From Candidatus Hydrogenedens sp. (GTDB lineage: Bacteria > Hydrogenedentota > Hydrogenedentia > Hydrogenedentales > Hydrogenedentaceae): DNA of 40,853 nucleotides. The translations under genes and the position numbers were made by a program. The stretch covers positions 1-40,853 of the forward strand of contig JBMFRC010000025.1 in assembly GCA_049968235.1 (NCBI GenBank), written 5' to 3'. Below the pieces are notes generated by a model. The model was not told the origin of the DNA and ran no database searches. It saw only the letters and a list, made by a program, of their open reading frames with translations. This document shows, piece after piece, positions 9,313-18,660 of this stretch; the first letter of the stretch is position 1; each line of letters begins with the position of its first letter.

Positions 9313-10413
9313 ATGCGTATGGTTCAAGTTCTTTTTATTTCAGCCATGTTATTGGTTGGTGGCTATTCCGCAATGGCTCAGGATGTTGCTGAAGGACAGT
9401 GGATAAACCTGTTCGATGGCGAATCTCTTTTCGGCTGGGTTCAGTTCGGTGATGTTGACTGGAGTGTTCAAAACGGTGTTCTTACTGCAACAAAAGGTAG
9501 TGGTGGATGGCTTGCTACCACCTGTCCCTTTGCTAATTTTGAATTATCAGCAAAGGTAAAGGTATCCGGCGATGGCACTGCTGGACTGGCGATTCGGGTT
9601 CCATTAGAAGGGCATTATTCGGACAATGGTGGAGGTGCCATTATATTGCAAGCCGGTGGCGAATATGATATTTCTGTTAGGGCAGTAGGAAATTCTGTAT
9701 CAGCATCCGTTAATGGCAATCCTGTAGAAGGATTAAATATCACCAATGCCAAAGGACACATCGGTATTCTCTATCATAAATATCATGATAAGAAAAAGCC
9801 TGCTAAAATCGAAGTACAATCCATAAAATTAAAACCTGTTCAACTAAAATCTTTATTCAATGGTGTTGACCTCACAGGCTGGAATATTATTCCCGACCAT
9901 AAATCTGTTTTCTCGGTTGTTGATGGTGCATTGAATATTAAAGATGGCAATGGGCAGATTGAAACGGCGGATGTATATAAAGATTTCCTTTTACAATTAG
10001 ATATTTTCGTAAACGGTAAAGCACTAAACAGTGGTGTATTCTTCCGTGGTCCGAAAGGTGTATTCTGGAAAGGTTATGAGTCTCAGGTCAAGAACGCATG
10101 GCTTAGTAACGACCGCACAAAACCCGTAGACTTTGGAACTGGTGGAATTTATGGTGTTCAAGAATCACGCAAAGTTGTATCAAACGATAAGGAATGGTAT
10201 ACCAAGACTATCGTTTGTGATGGGAATCACATGGCAGTGTGGTTAAACGGCTATTTAGTAAGTGATTTATATGATACTCGCCCTGTTCATCCTGAAGGAG
10301 ATGGTAAAAATGGTTATGTCCCATCCGCAGGAACCATACATTTACAAGGACACGACCCGACAACTGATTTGTCATTCAAAAACATAAATATACAGGTATA
10401 TCCTGAGAAATAA
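9313..10413 (+). CDS. Secreted tandem DUF1080 (PF06439, 3-keto-disaccharide-hydrolase-like) beta-sandwich protein
   Basis: Signal peptide ending AMAQ. Two repeated modules matching the DUF1080 pattern: WINLFDGESLFGW...GDVDWSVQNGVL, and SLFNGVDLTGWNIIPDHKSVFSVVDGAL...GHDPTTDLSFKNINIQ. GGAGG Shine-Dalgarno precedes ATG 9313; the ORF track extends to TTG 9298. Confidence 0.7.
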   Translation: MRMVQVLFISAMLLVGGYSAMAQDVAEGQWINLFDGESLFGWVQFGDVDWSVQNGVLTATKGSGGWLATTCPFANFELSAKVKVSGDGTAGLAIRVPLEGHYSDNGGGAIILQAGGEYDISVRAVGNSVSASVNGNPVEGLNITNAKGHIGILYHKYHDKKKPAKIEVQSIKLKPVQLKSLFNGVDLTGWNIIPDHKSVFSVVDGALNIKDGNGQIETADVYKDFLLQLDIFVNGKALNSGVFFRGPKGVFWKGYESQVKNAWLSNDRTKPVDFGTGGIYGVQESRKVVSNDKEWYTKTIVCDGNHMAVWLNGYLVSDLYDTRPVHPEGDGKNGYVPSAGTIHLQGHDPTTDLSFKNINIQVYPEK

Positions 10414-10440
10414 GAAATATTTGTTATTAAACATTCCTGA

Positions 10441-10478
10441 GAAGGAGCGGATAGTTATTCGCTCCTTCTTATTTTTTT
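10441..10478 (+). terminator. Rho-independent terminator after the DUF1080 gene
   Basis: Stem GAAGGAGCG/CGCTCCTTC with a 10-nt loop, followed by TTATTTTTTT. Confidence 0.65.
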
Positions 10479-10672
10479 AGGGGATTATTTGTACTACTTG
10501 CGTCTAACAAAGTAGTAGAAACATTTTCCCTTTTATACTCTTTTAATCTATTCACACCCATGCGATACCCTTTATATACAGGCTTCTCTTTCTACATTTT
10601 TTGCAAAATGAATAACCAAAAAGATAACCTAATAAAAAGATGAAATTAAAAATTTTTTCAAGGAGATTGACA

Positions 10673-12115
10673 ATGGATACGAGGGCAACCCGTTATCAAA
10701 ATTGTTTAAAGCGATATGTTACCGCATTACGGAATGAAAAACCTGATTGTGTCCCTATTCGCCCATTTGTAGCGGAGTTCACTGCCCATTATTGCGGATT
10801 TACCTGCCAACAGGTAACCCATGATTATCGAATTGCTTTTGATGCGGTTTGTCAAACAGTGCAAGATTTTGATTGGGATGCAGTCGTTCCGAATATGGTA
10901 TATGTATGGACGGGCTTGGCTCAATCTTTAGGCTTAAAATACTACGGAATTCCCGGGATTGAACTCGACCCAAATACAGGTTTTCAATACAAAGAACCGC
11001 CTGAAGACCAGGCGTTTATGAAAGAAGATGAATATGACGCATTAATTGCTGACCCAACCGGTTTTTTATACGAAAAATGGCTCCCTCGGGTATCGACGGA
11101 AGTAGTTGAACCGGGCAAGCCTGCAAAAGTAAGGACTTATCAAGCATTGGTAAAAACATCTATGGCAATGTATGACTACTTTTATGCATTCGGTCCTCAA
11201 TTTGAACGACTTAAAACCGAATGTGGAACCGCATCAGCCATTGCAGGGATTTTTAAAGCACCGTTAGATATTATTGCAGATAAATTGCGTGGTTATATCG
11301 GTTTAACGATGGATTTGTTAATTCAACCGGATAAAGTGCTAAAGGCATGTGAAGCCTTGATGCCACATCTATATCATGTGGCAAAAACTACGGCTGACCC
11401 TAATAAATTAGTTCCTATTGGTTTCTGGATGCATCGCGGTTGCACTCCATTTGTAACCCGGGAACAATTCCATAAATTTTACTGGTCCACATTGAAACCT
11501 ATTATTGAGGAACTCTGGTATGATAAACATCAGGTTCTATTCTATGCGGAAGGAAATTGGGATGAACACTTAGAATCTTTTGCAGAACTTCCCGAAAAAA
11601 GTATTGTGTTCCACATTGACCGTAGTTCTCCGGAAAAAGCAAAAGAGATATTAAGTGAAAAATTTTGTCTTAGCGGTGGTTTACCCAATGCACTTCTTGC
11701 TGTGGGAACACCTAAAGAAGTGCGTGAACATTGTAAAAAATTGATAAAACTTTTAGCACAAGATGGCGGATATATTATGGACGCCAGTGCTATTATACAA
11801 AATGATGCAAAGGTTGAGAATATTCAGGCTATGACAGAGGCAACCCGAGAATATGGAATATACAACGTACCAGCGTGGTCAGGAATTGATAAGATTTTAG
11901 ATAGTGAAATTGATAATTCAACACACGATGTCATACATAGACAAAAACCCTCATGGTTAACGGGCTATCCCCCTGCTGGTGTGTGTTTGCCCTGGCAAGA
12001 AAAACGGAAAGAAATACCCCAAATCAAGGGAGATGAATTATTAGTTGAACAAATCTGGAACGGAATCGAGGCACATGGCTATACCTTTATCTGGCAAATG
12101 TTACTTTCCTTTTAG
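10673..12115 (+). CDS. Uroporphyrinogen-decarboxylase (URO-D) family protein, long non-HemE-type paralogue
   Basis: N-terminal KRYVTALRNEKPDCVPIRPF and overall TIM-barrel URO-D/MtaA-like organisation. AAGGAG Shine-Dalgarno precedes ATG 10673; ATG 10640 is an alternative start. No heme-pathway context, so probably not HemE. Confidence 0.55.
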   Translation: MDTRATRYQNCLKRYVTALRNEKPDCVPIRPFVAEFTAHYCGFTCQQVTHDYRIAFDAVCQTVQDFDWDAVVPNMVYVWTGLAQSLGLKYYGIPGIELDPNTGFQYKEPPEDQAFMKEDEYDALIADPTGFLYEKWLPRVSTEVVEPGKPAKVRTYQALVKTSMAMYDYFYAFGPQFERLKTECGTASAIAGIFKAPLDIIADKLRGYIGLTMDLLIQPDKVLKACEALMPHLYHVAKTTADPNKLVPIGFWMHRGCTPFVTREQFHKFYWSTLKPIIEELWYDKHQVLFYAEGNWDEHLESFAELPEKSIVFHIDRSSPEKAKEILSEKFCLSGGLPNALLAVGTPKEVREHCKKLIKLLAQDGGYIMDASAIIQNDAKVENIQAMTEATREYGIYNVPAWSGIDKILDSEIDNSTHDVIHRQKPSWLTGYPPAGVCLPWQEKRKEIPQIKGDELLVEQIWNGIEAHGYTFIWQMLLSF

Positions 12116-12122
12116 TCTTAGG

Positions 12123-13322
12123 GAAGATTAAATGTTTAAATTTCTTCGACTCTTTATTGTCTGGGCGATTGTATTTATCCTGATATTTTCAGTTTTGGAG
12201 TTAGGTTCTATTTTTTACATCCATTATTTTTTAGATGAAGAAGAATTCGGACATTATGCATCGGTCAAACAAATTGTCAATCGGATGCGAAAAAAATAGG
12301 GATTATTTTAAGATTACATTCCATTCCTATGTAGGGTATATGCCTACACCTAATTATAAGAAAGGGGAGAATAAACATAACTCATATGGATTTCGTGGAG
12401 AAGAATTGAGTAATAAAAAAGAGGGGGAAATCTGGATAGCCTGTTTGGGGGAATCTACAACATACGACTCTGACCTAGAATGCTGGGAGAAAGCCTATCC
12501 TGCCCAATTAGAAAGATACCTGAACGAACAGGGAATCAAAGCGAAAGTTATCAATACGGGAGTGGACGGCTGGACCAGTTTTGAAATTTTGATTGATTTC
12601 AATCTCCGTGTTTCACGCTTACCTATTGATATAATAATTTACTATGGCGGATTCAATGATATAATATTTACCCGGTTGGTGTATCCAATCCCTGAGAAAC
12701 CATTAGAGAGAGATATTACACATGCTCGTTGGGGAATAGACGGTATGTTTCTTTATCCCTTCTGGGAAAATAGTTCTATACTACGAATTATACTTGTGAA
12801 ATTTAGACATATTATTCCGCATTTTGACCTATTTTTATGCATTTAAGCACGGAAAATCATTTTACAGAGTTCGTTGTCCAATTATTGAACCATTCCTACC
12901 CCAAAGGTATTTTTAAGGATACTCCAGTAGAAAAAATGTTGTTAAACAATCCTCCAATATGGTTTGAACAAAACTTAACTAATCTTGTTTTACTTGCTAA
13001 ATCCAAATCGATAATTCCTGTTTTAACTACTTATGCTTTAAACAAATCCGGACATAATAATCATTTCATAGCAAGGGATGCCGAATCTATTTCTATTATT
13101 AATCAAATTATGACATCTGCCATAAAAGAAATGAATGCCGTCATAGAAAAAACCGCAACAGAACAACATATCCCTTTTATAGATATAGATAATTCCTATC
13201 CTGTTGACGGAAATCTATTTACTGATTTGATTCACAATAATGAGCAAGGAGCCAGAGTAAAAGCAGAGTTAATTGGTAAGTTTTTGATTGATTCAGGACT
13301 TGTAAAATTTAAATACCATTAA
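12123..13322 (+). pseudogene. Membrane-anchored SGNH/GDSL-family hydrolase interrupted by two +/-1 frameshifts (three ORF fragments: 12123-12290, 12235-12846, 12837-13322)
   Basis: Fragment 1 encodes a TM anchor, MFKFLRLFIVWAIVFILIFSVLEL.... Fragment 2 carries SGNH block I (IACLGESTTYDSD) and block III (YYGGFNDI). Fragment 3 carries block V (DLIHNNEQG, a DxxH motif). Frame changes map to an A7 run (12281-12287) and a T5 run (12832-12836). Removing or adding one base restores a continuous ~399-aa reading frame. Confidence 0.6.
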
Positions 13323-13397
13323 TTGAAACAAAAATTATCTTTACCAATAATCAAAAGTAAAAATAAAAAGTATTTATCGATGATATTTTGATATTCC

Positions 13398-13412
13398 CGA
13401 AAAAAAAAAAAA
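13398..13412. repeat. A15 homopolymeric tract in the intergenic region upstream of the second URO-D-like gene
   Basis: 15 consecutive A residues read directly from the sequence. Confidence 0.9.
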
Positions 13413-13518
13413 AACAATAGATGTTGGTACTTCCTTATGCTGAAAAATATCATGATTTAGTGTTGGTAATTTCTGTAATATTTGTAAGAATATAATACGA
13501 AGAAAAGGAGTTGTTTTA

Positions 13519-14637
13519 ATGCTATATGACACATCTTATACAGGCTTGTCTCCTCAGGGTAAAAATATAAAGCGAATGATGTTTTATGACTATCCAAAGT
13601 GGGTCCCTGTGGAGGTCTTTTTTTTACCTGCCTGCTTAAACAAATACAAGACAGATATGAATGACCTAATGGAAAGGCACAGACGATTATTCCCTCAATA
13701 TGATAGAGTTGATAAAAATAGTTCTGTGGAATACAAAGATTTTTATGTTGAAGGTGATGTTACCGATTGTTGGGGATGCATTTGGAAAAATTTACATGGG
13801 GGTATGGTCGGAAAAGTAGTAGGGCATCCGCTGGAAAATTGGGACTATTTTGAAGAATGGAAAAAACATATCCCCAGTCCGGAAACGGATGGTATTTTGG
13901 GACCTAAGGATTGGAATGGTATAGCAAAAGACATTCAAAATAAAAAGGAAGAAGGTATTTTCTCTCCAGATTTCCCACTCCCTCATGGATTCCATTTTAT
14001 GCTTCTCTGGGATTTGCGAGGTTTTGAAAATTTTATGTTAGATATGCTTACAGAAGAACCCCGTCTTATGGAATTAATACATATTATCATGGAGTATAAC
14101 AACTATTCTGTAAGAAGAATATTGGATTTGAAAACACCCTTTTTAGGACTTGCAGAGGATTTGGGAATACAAAATAATTTACCTATTAGTAAAGAATTAT
14201 GGGATAGATATGTAAAACCGGGTTATGAAATAACTGTAGGCGAAGCCAGAAAACGCGGAATCCCTGTTTATTTACATTCTGATGGACATATTTTACCTAT
14301 CATACAGGAACTCATTGATATGGGAGTAACCTTGCTCAATCCACAGTCTCGTGCCAATGGTATTTACCCACTGCGAGAGCAGGTTTTTAGAAAGGTAGCT
14401 ATAAATCTTGACCTTGACCGTCAATTATTCCCTGTTGCAGAAAAATCCGATATACAAAGACATGTCCATGAAATTTTTAATGCCTTTTATCTCCCGGAAG
14501 GAGGTTTAATGTTGAATATTGAAATTAATGAAGATGTTCCACTTGAGATAATGGATTATTTATTCTCAATTGTAGAAGATTATTGTTCACTGCCTAATCC
14601 TGAAGATACGAATTTTTCAAAAATAGGATTGTTTTAA
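13519..14637 (+). CDS. Uroporphyrinogen-decarboxylase (URO-D) family protein, second paralogue
   Basis: C-terminal GIPVYLHSDGHILPIIQELIDMGVTLLNPQ resembles the URO-D/MtaA barrel end. AAAGGAG Shine-Dalgarno lies 7 nt upstream. Confidence 0.5.
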   Translation: MLYDTSYTGLSPQGKNIKRMMFYDYPKWVPVEVFFLPACLNKYKTDMNDLMERHRRLFPQYDRVDKNSSVEYKDFYVEGDVTDCWGCIWKNLHGGMVGKVVGHPLENWDYFEEWKKHIPSPETDGILGPKDWNGIAKDIQNKKEEGIFSPDFPLPHGFHFMLLWDLRGFENFMLDMLTEEPRLMELIHIIMEYNNYSVRRILDLKTPFLGLAEDLGIQNNLPISKELWDRYVKPGYEITVGEARKRGIPVYLHSDGHILPIIQELIDMGVTLLNPQSRANGIYPLREQVFRKVAINLDLDRQLFPVAEKSDIQRHVHEIFNAFYLPEGGLMLNIEINEDVPLEIMDYLFSIVEDYCSLPNPEDTNFSKIGLF

Positions 14638-14746
14638 GGTTATTAAAAGTCTATAATAGCAATAGTGAATTTTTTAACGTACTATTAAAACACTTAACAA
14701 AATGTATTTGTTTTGATAGCGAATTTCAAATTAAAGGATTATAAAA

Positions 14747-15322
14747 ATGATTTACTACCAACAAATAGCAAAGCAATGGGACCGATTAAATGCTCTTTCC
14801 CCAGAAGATTCGAAAATGCTAAACAACTCAATTGAAGATGGGGTTTTTGAGGGTTTTAATCAATTTTCCACACAATTAATGAATAATCTAACGAGAGACT
14901 TTCCAATTGTGAACAATTTAGCATATCACGATATAAAACAAATAAAATCAGGTTTCTCAAACGCGGTATTTTCAGGATATCTTATTTATGTTGCGTATCA
15001 AATAATTTCAAATATAAAAAGACCTTTGTTTCAACAGGGTTTTAAATATGACCCCACAGTAATGAATGAATACAATGATATAATTGTTCCTGAACGACCT
15101 AATGTTAAAAGCGAAAGATTTTTCAGTATACTTGATGAACATCCCGCTATCGAACTCCTTTTTGAAAAGGTAACATCTATAGAATTAAATATCTTAAGAA
15201 AAAATAATCCGGGTATAGGTGATTTGTCCGCTAATATAGGGTTTATGATAAAAGACCTTATGGCTCGTGGAGTATTTATGGGCTATGGGCTTGGTTTCGC
15301 AGAAAATTGTCTAAGAGGATAG
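14747..15322 (+). CDS. Hypothetical protein (191 aa), no family recognised; low-GC codon usage
   Basis: Clean ORF with its own start, flanked by AT-rich spacers. No motif recognised. Confidence 0.45.
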   Translation: MIYYQQIAKQWDRLNALSPEDSKMLNNSIEDGVFEGFNQFSTQLMNNLTRDFPIVNNLAYHDIKQIKSGFSNAVFSGYLIYVAYQIISNIKRPLFQQGFKYDPTVMNEYNDIIVPERPNVKSERFFSILDEHPAIELLFEKVTSIELNILRKNNPGIGDLSANIGFMIKDLMARGVFMGYGLGFAENCLRG

Positions 15323-15534
15323 AGTTAAAATTCTTCAATATCCTTACATGTAATATAATAAATAAGCAATAAGTATAATTTTGATGATGTATTTTTTTTT
15401 TTAAATATTACAAATATCACAAAAACTCAGATAATAGATATAAAACAATAGAATTAAATATACTTATGTTTCTAAAGATGTTATTTACAATTTAATCAGA
15501 TAATAAAAATTATCGAAAAACAAATCTGGGCATT

Positions 15535-16473
15535 ATGAAGGGTATGAAAATGAAAAATGGTTCTTTATTTCTCTGTATATTATTTTTAATATTATTTCCT
15601 ATGATTGTTTCGGCGGAAAGTATTAATCTCACAATAACCGATGAATTTCTATCTTTTTTGTGTGGTCCTCGAAAAATTGCAGATTATCGCTATACAAAAG
15701 TGCCTTTTAAACCATATCTCAAAAGATTTTTTACCCCATCTGGAATACAAATTCTGGAAGATGCTCCTCATGACCACTTACATCATCATGGGTTAATGTT
15801 CGCTGTCGCAGTTAATGATATAAATTACTGGGAGGAAATCGAAAAAAGTGGACATCAAATCCATCAGCAATTCTCCAATATCAATGTAAATGAAAAATTA
15901 CCAATTCCAATGAGTTCTTTTGTCGAAGAATTAGTATGGAAAAGTCCCGGAAATGATGCTCCGCAATTAACAGAGATACGAAAAATTTCCTCCGGTTATT
16001 GGGAACAAGAAAATGCAAATATAATTCTCTGGGAAACACAATTAAAGAATCCATCAGACACAAATACTGCAAAACTTACAGGGCATCATTATTTTGGATT
16101 GGGGATAAGGCTTTTAACAACACCATTAGAAAATGTGGAAATAATATCTCCTGCTGAGGATAATCTTGAGAACGTACGGGGCGATGAATACCTGCGCAGT
16201 ACGCCGTGGTGTGCCGTTGTAGTTAAGAATGAAACGGGTACTTTTACCTTATTGATAATTGATTCGCCGGAGAGTGTGCGTTATCCGGCTCGTTGGTTTA
16301 CCATGCGAATGCCTTTCGTGTATATTTCTGCAACCCGAAATTTATGGAAAGAACCACTTGAAATATCACCCGGAGATAGAGTTTTGTGTAAATGTATATT
16401 TGTTTTATGGGATGGTGAAAAGACAAAAGAGGCACTGGGGAAGGCTGTAGAAGAAATCAATAGTAAAAAATAA
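15535..16473 (+). CDS. Secreted PmoA-like (DUF6807/PF14100-like) protein
   Basis: Signal peptide (LFLCILFLILFPMIVSA). His-rich motif DAPHDHLHHHGLMFAVAVND resembles the DHPHHRGLWF signature of the PmoA-like family that commonly neighbours Gfo/Idh/MocA genes. Assigned from memory of the family, not verified. Confidence 0.55.
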   Translation: MKGMKMKNGSLFLCILFLILFPMIVSAESINLTITDEFLSFLCGPRKIADYRYTKVPFKPYLKRFFTPSGIQILEDAPHDHLHHHGLMFAVAVNDINYWEEIEKSGHQIHQQFSNINVNEKLPIPMSSFVEELVWKSPGNDAPQLTEIRKISSGYWEQENANIILWETQLKNPSDTNTAKLTGHHYFGLGIRLLTTPLENVEIISPAEDNLENVRGDEYLRSTPWCAVVVKNETGTFTLLIIDSPESVRYPARWFTMRMPFVYISATRNLWKEPLEISPGDRVLCKCIFVLWDGEKTKEALGKAVEEINSKK

Positions 16474-16494
16474 ATTTTCATAAGGAGAATACCT

Positions 16495-17775
16495 ATGAAA
16501 CAATCTCAGACAAATCAAAATCAAGGTATAAGTCGTCGAACTTTTATCAAAACTACAACTGCAGGACTTATTGCCACTGCAAGTGTGTCCGCAGTGAAAA
16601 GTGCAACCGCTCAAAATAACCGATTAGGTATTGGTGTAATAGGCTGTGGTGGCAGAGGAAGTTATTTATCTCAGGTAATAAAGCATTTGCAGGATAATGA
16701 TAAAACAGTCCAATTCAAAGCCTTTTGTGATATATATCGCCCCCGATTGAATAAATTAGCGGATATTTACGGGGGAAAGAAGTATATGGATTATCGTGAA
16801 TTACTAAATGACAAAGAGGTAGATGTTGTAATTATTGCCACCCCCGACCACCACCATGCTCGCCAGACAATAGAAGCGGTAAAAGCAGGCAAGCATGTGT
16901 ATTGTGAAAAGCCCATGACACACTGGACGCAATGGGAATTGGCAAAGCAAATGACAGAAACAGTAAGACAGTCCAATTGTGTTTTCCAGATAGGTACACA
17001 AGCCATGTCCGATAGTGTATGGAAACAAATGAAAGAATTGGTAGAACAAGGGAAAATTGGTCAGCCTGTGCATGTAGAATGCGGATATTTTCGTTTAGGG
17101 GATTGGGGTGAAAGAGGTATGCCGATTGATGACCCGAATGCTAAGCCAGGTCCCGATTTAAATTGGGATGCATTTTTAGAAGATGCTCCGAAACGGGATT
17201 TTGATGTAAGTCGCTTTTTCCGCTGGAGAATGTATGCGGACTATGCCGGTGGTATGTCCACAGATTTGTATCCGCATATATTAACGCCTGTTGTTTATAC
17301 TATCGGAGTACATATGCCGAAGATTGTTGTAGGTATCGGTGGAAAATTACGCTATGAAGAAAGGGAAATCCCGGATACTTTTGATATGCTCATTAACTAT
17401 AACGATAAAACGGACTTGGCACTTTTAGGTACTCAGGCAAATGAATATCAGGGGACCGCACTTCGCGGGCAGAATCGTGTTCCCGTTATTCGGGGTTGGG
17501 AAGGCACATTAACGATAAATGAGGAAAACATAGTTTACTGGCCTGCCAATGCTTTGAAAACTCAAAATCCAGAAAAAATACCCATTCAAAAAGGAGAAAA
17601 TTTAACGGATTATATCCGTAGTTTTATAGATTGTTGTATGCATAAGGACAAAAACACATTAAGCCCTATTGATATGGCTTTTGAAGTCCAGACAACATTG
17701 ATTATGGGTATGTTGTCATGGAAAGATAGTAAGATGTATACCTATAAAGATGATACAGGACCCGTAGCCTTATAA
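16495..17775 (+). CDS. Tat-secreted Gfo/Idh/MocA family oxidoreductase (glycoside/sugar dehydrogenase type)
   Basis: Twin-arginine signal SRRTFIKTTTAGLIATASVSA. GIGVIGCGGRG Rossmann motif. EKP catalytic region (YCEKPMT). AAGGAGAA Shine-Dalgarno. Confidence 0.85.
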   Translation: MKQSQTNQNQGISRRTFIKTTTAGLIATASVSAVKSATAQNNRLGIGVIGCGGRGSYLSQVIKHLQDNDKTVQFKAFCDIYRPRLNKLADIYGGKKYMDYRELLNDKEVDVVIIATPDHHHARQTIEAVKAGKHVYCEKPMTHWTQWELAKQMTETVRQSNCVFQIGTQAMSDSVWKQMKELVEQGKIGQPVHVECGYFRLGDWGERGMPIDDPNAKPGPDLNWDAFLEDAPKRDFDVSRFFRWRMYADYAGGMSTDLYPHILTPVVYTIGVHMPKIVVGIGGKLRYEEREIPDTFDMLINYNDKTDLALLGTQANEYQGTALRGQNRVPVIRGWEGTLTINEENIVYWPANALKTQNPEKIPIQKGENLTDYIRSFIDCCMHKDKNTLSPIDMAFEVQTTLIMGMLSWKDSKMYTYKDDTGPVAL

Positions 17776-17803
17776 TAAAACTCGAAATAGAAAGGATAAT
17801 TTT

Positions 17804-18643
17804 ATGGGAAAAATAGGTATCGGAATTAATATGGAATTTGTCCGACATGCAGACAAACCCTTTGAATGGGGTGTAGATAAAGCGGCTGAATTAGGCTATG
17901 AATATGTAGAACCTATGGTGCATTGGGGCAGAGAATTACTCAGCGAAGCAGGTTATTTTCATAGCGTTTCAATGTTAGATGACCCCTATCGAATTAAAAA
18001 GGCATGTGAAAATGCAGGGATTAAATTATCGGGACTTTCTTCTCATTCCCCTCTCTGTAAACCTGAAATTAGTACGGAATACTTGAAGCAGGGGGTTCGA
18101 TTTGCAGAGGAATGTGGTGCTCCTGTTATTAACACTGATGAAGGACCTAAACCTAAATGGACTACTGTGGAAGAAGACCATGTTTTGATGAGATATGTTC
18201 TTATGGAAGTTTGTGCAGTGGCGGAACCTCGTGGAATTTTAATCGGATTAGAACCTCATCAGCAATATAGTAAATCCCCCGAAGGATTAGACCGAATTTA
18301 TTCTCTCGTAAAATCTCCCATTTTAGGTATCAATTTTGACACGGGTAATAGTTTTTTAAGTGGACAGGACCCCATTGCCTGGTTGGAACATGTGAGTGAT
18401 AGATTGGTGCATTTACATGCAAAAGATATAGCCTTGCAACAGGCGGAAGCAGAACGAGGAAAAGTAACCGGAACACCGGTGGGATGTGCTTGCGGGGATG
18501 GAGTTATTGACTGGACAAAAGTTATATCCATTTTAAAAAAATCGCCTCGCAACATTGTAATGAGTGTCGAATGTGGAACAATTGAACAGGCGGAACGCAG
18601 TATAAAATATCTGAAAGAATTATTGAAGAAAATCGAAGATTAA
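17804..18643 (+). CDS. Sugar phosphate isomerase/epimerase (xylose-isomerase-like TIM barrel) family protein
   Basis: Pattern typical of the AP-endonuclease-2/xylose-isomerase-like TIM barrel: GYEYVEP, metal-ligand-like E/H/D residues (LHAKD, GINFDTGN), and length ~280 aa. The start lies 28 nt after the oxidoreductase stop. Confidence 0.75.
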   Translation: MGKIGIGINMEFVRHADKPFEWGVDKAAELGYEYVEPMVHWGRELLSEAGYFHSVSMLDDPYRIKKACENAGIKLSGLSSHSPLCKPEISTEYLKQGVRFAEECGAPVINTDEGPKPKWTTVEEDHVLMRYVLMEVCAVAEPRGILIGLEPHQQYSKSPEGLDRIYSLVKSPILGINFDTGNSFLSGQDPIAWLEHVSDRLVHLHAKDIALQQAEAERGKVTGTPVGCACGDGVIDWTKVISILKKSPRNIVMSVECGTIEQAERSIKYLKELLKKIED

Positions 18644-18660
18644 TTGAGAATATTGTTTTG

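Noticed and set aside
12235-12846. Treating ORFs 12235-12846 and 12837-13322 as two independent genes
   Set aside because: SGNH catalytic blocks are distributed across both ORFs, and also across the upstream fragment 12123-12290. The frame switches occur at homopolymers. Together this shows a single interrupted gene.
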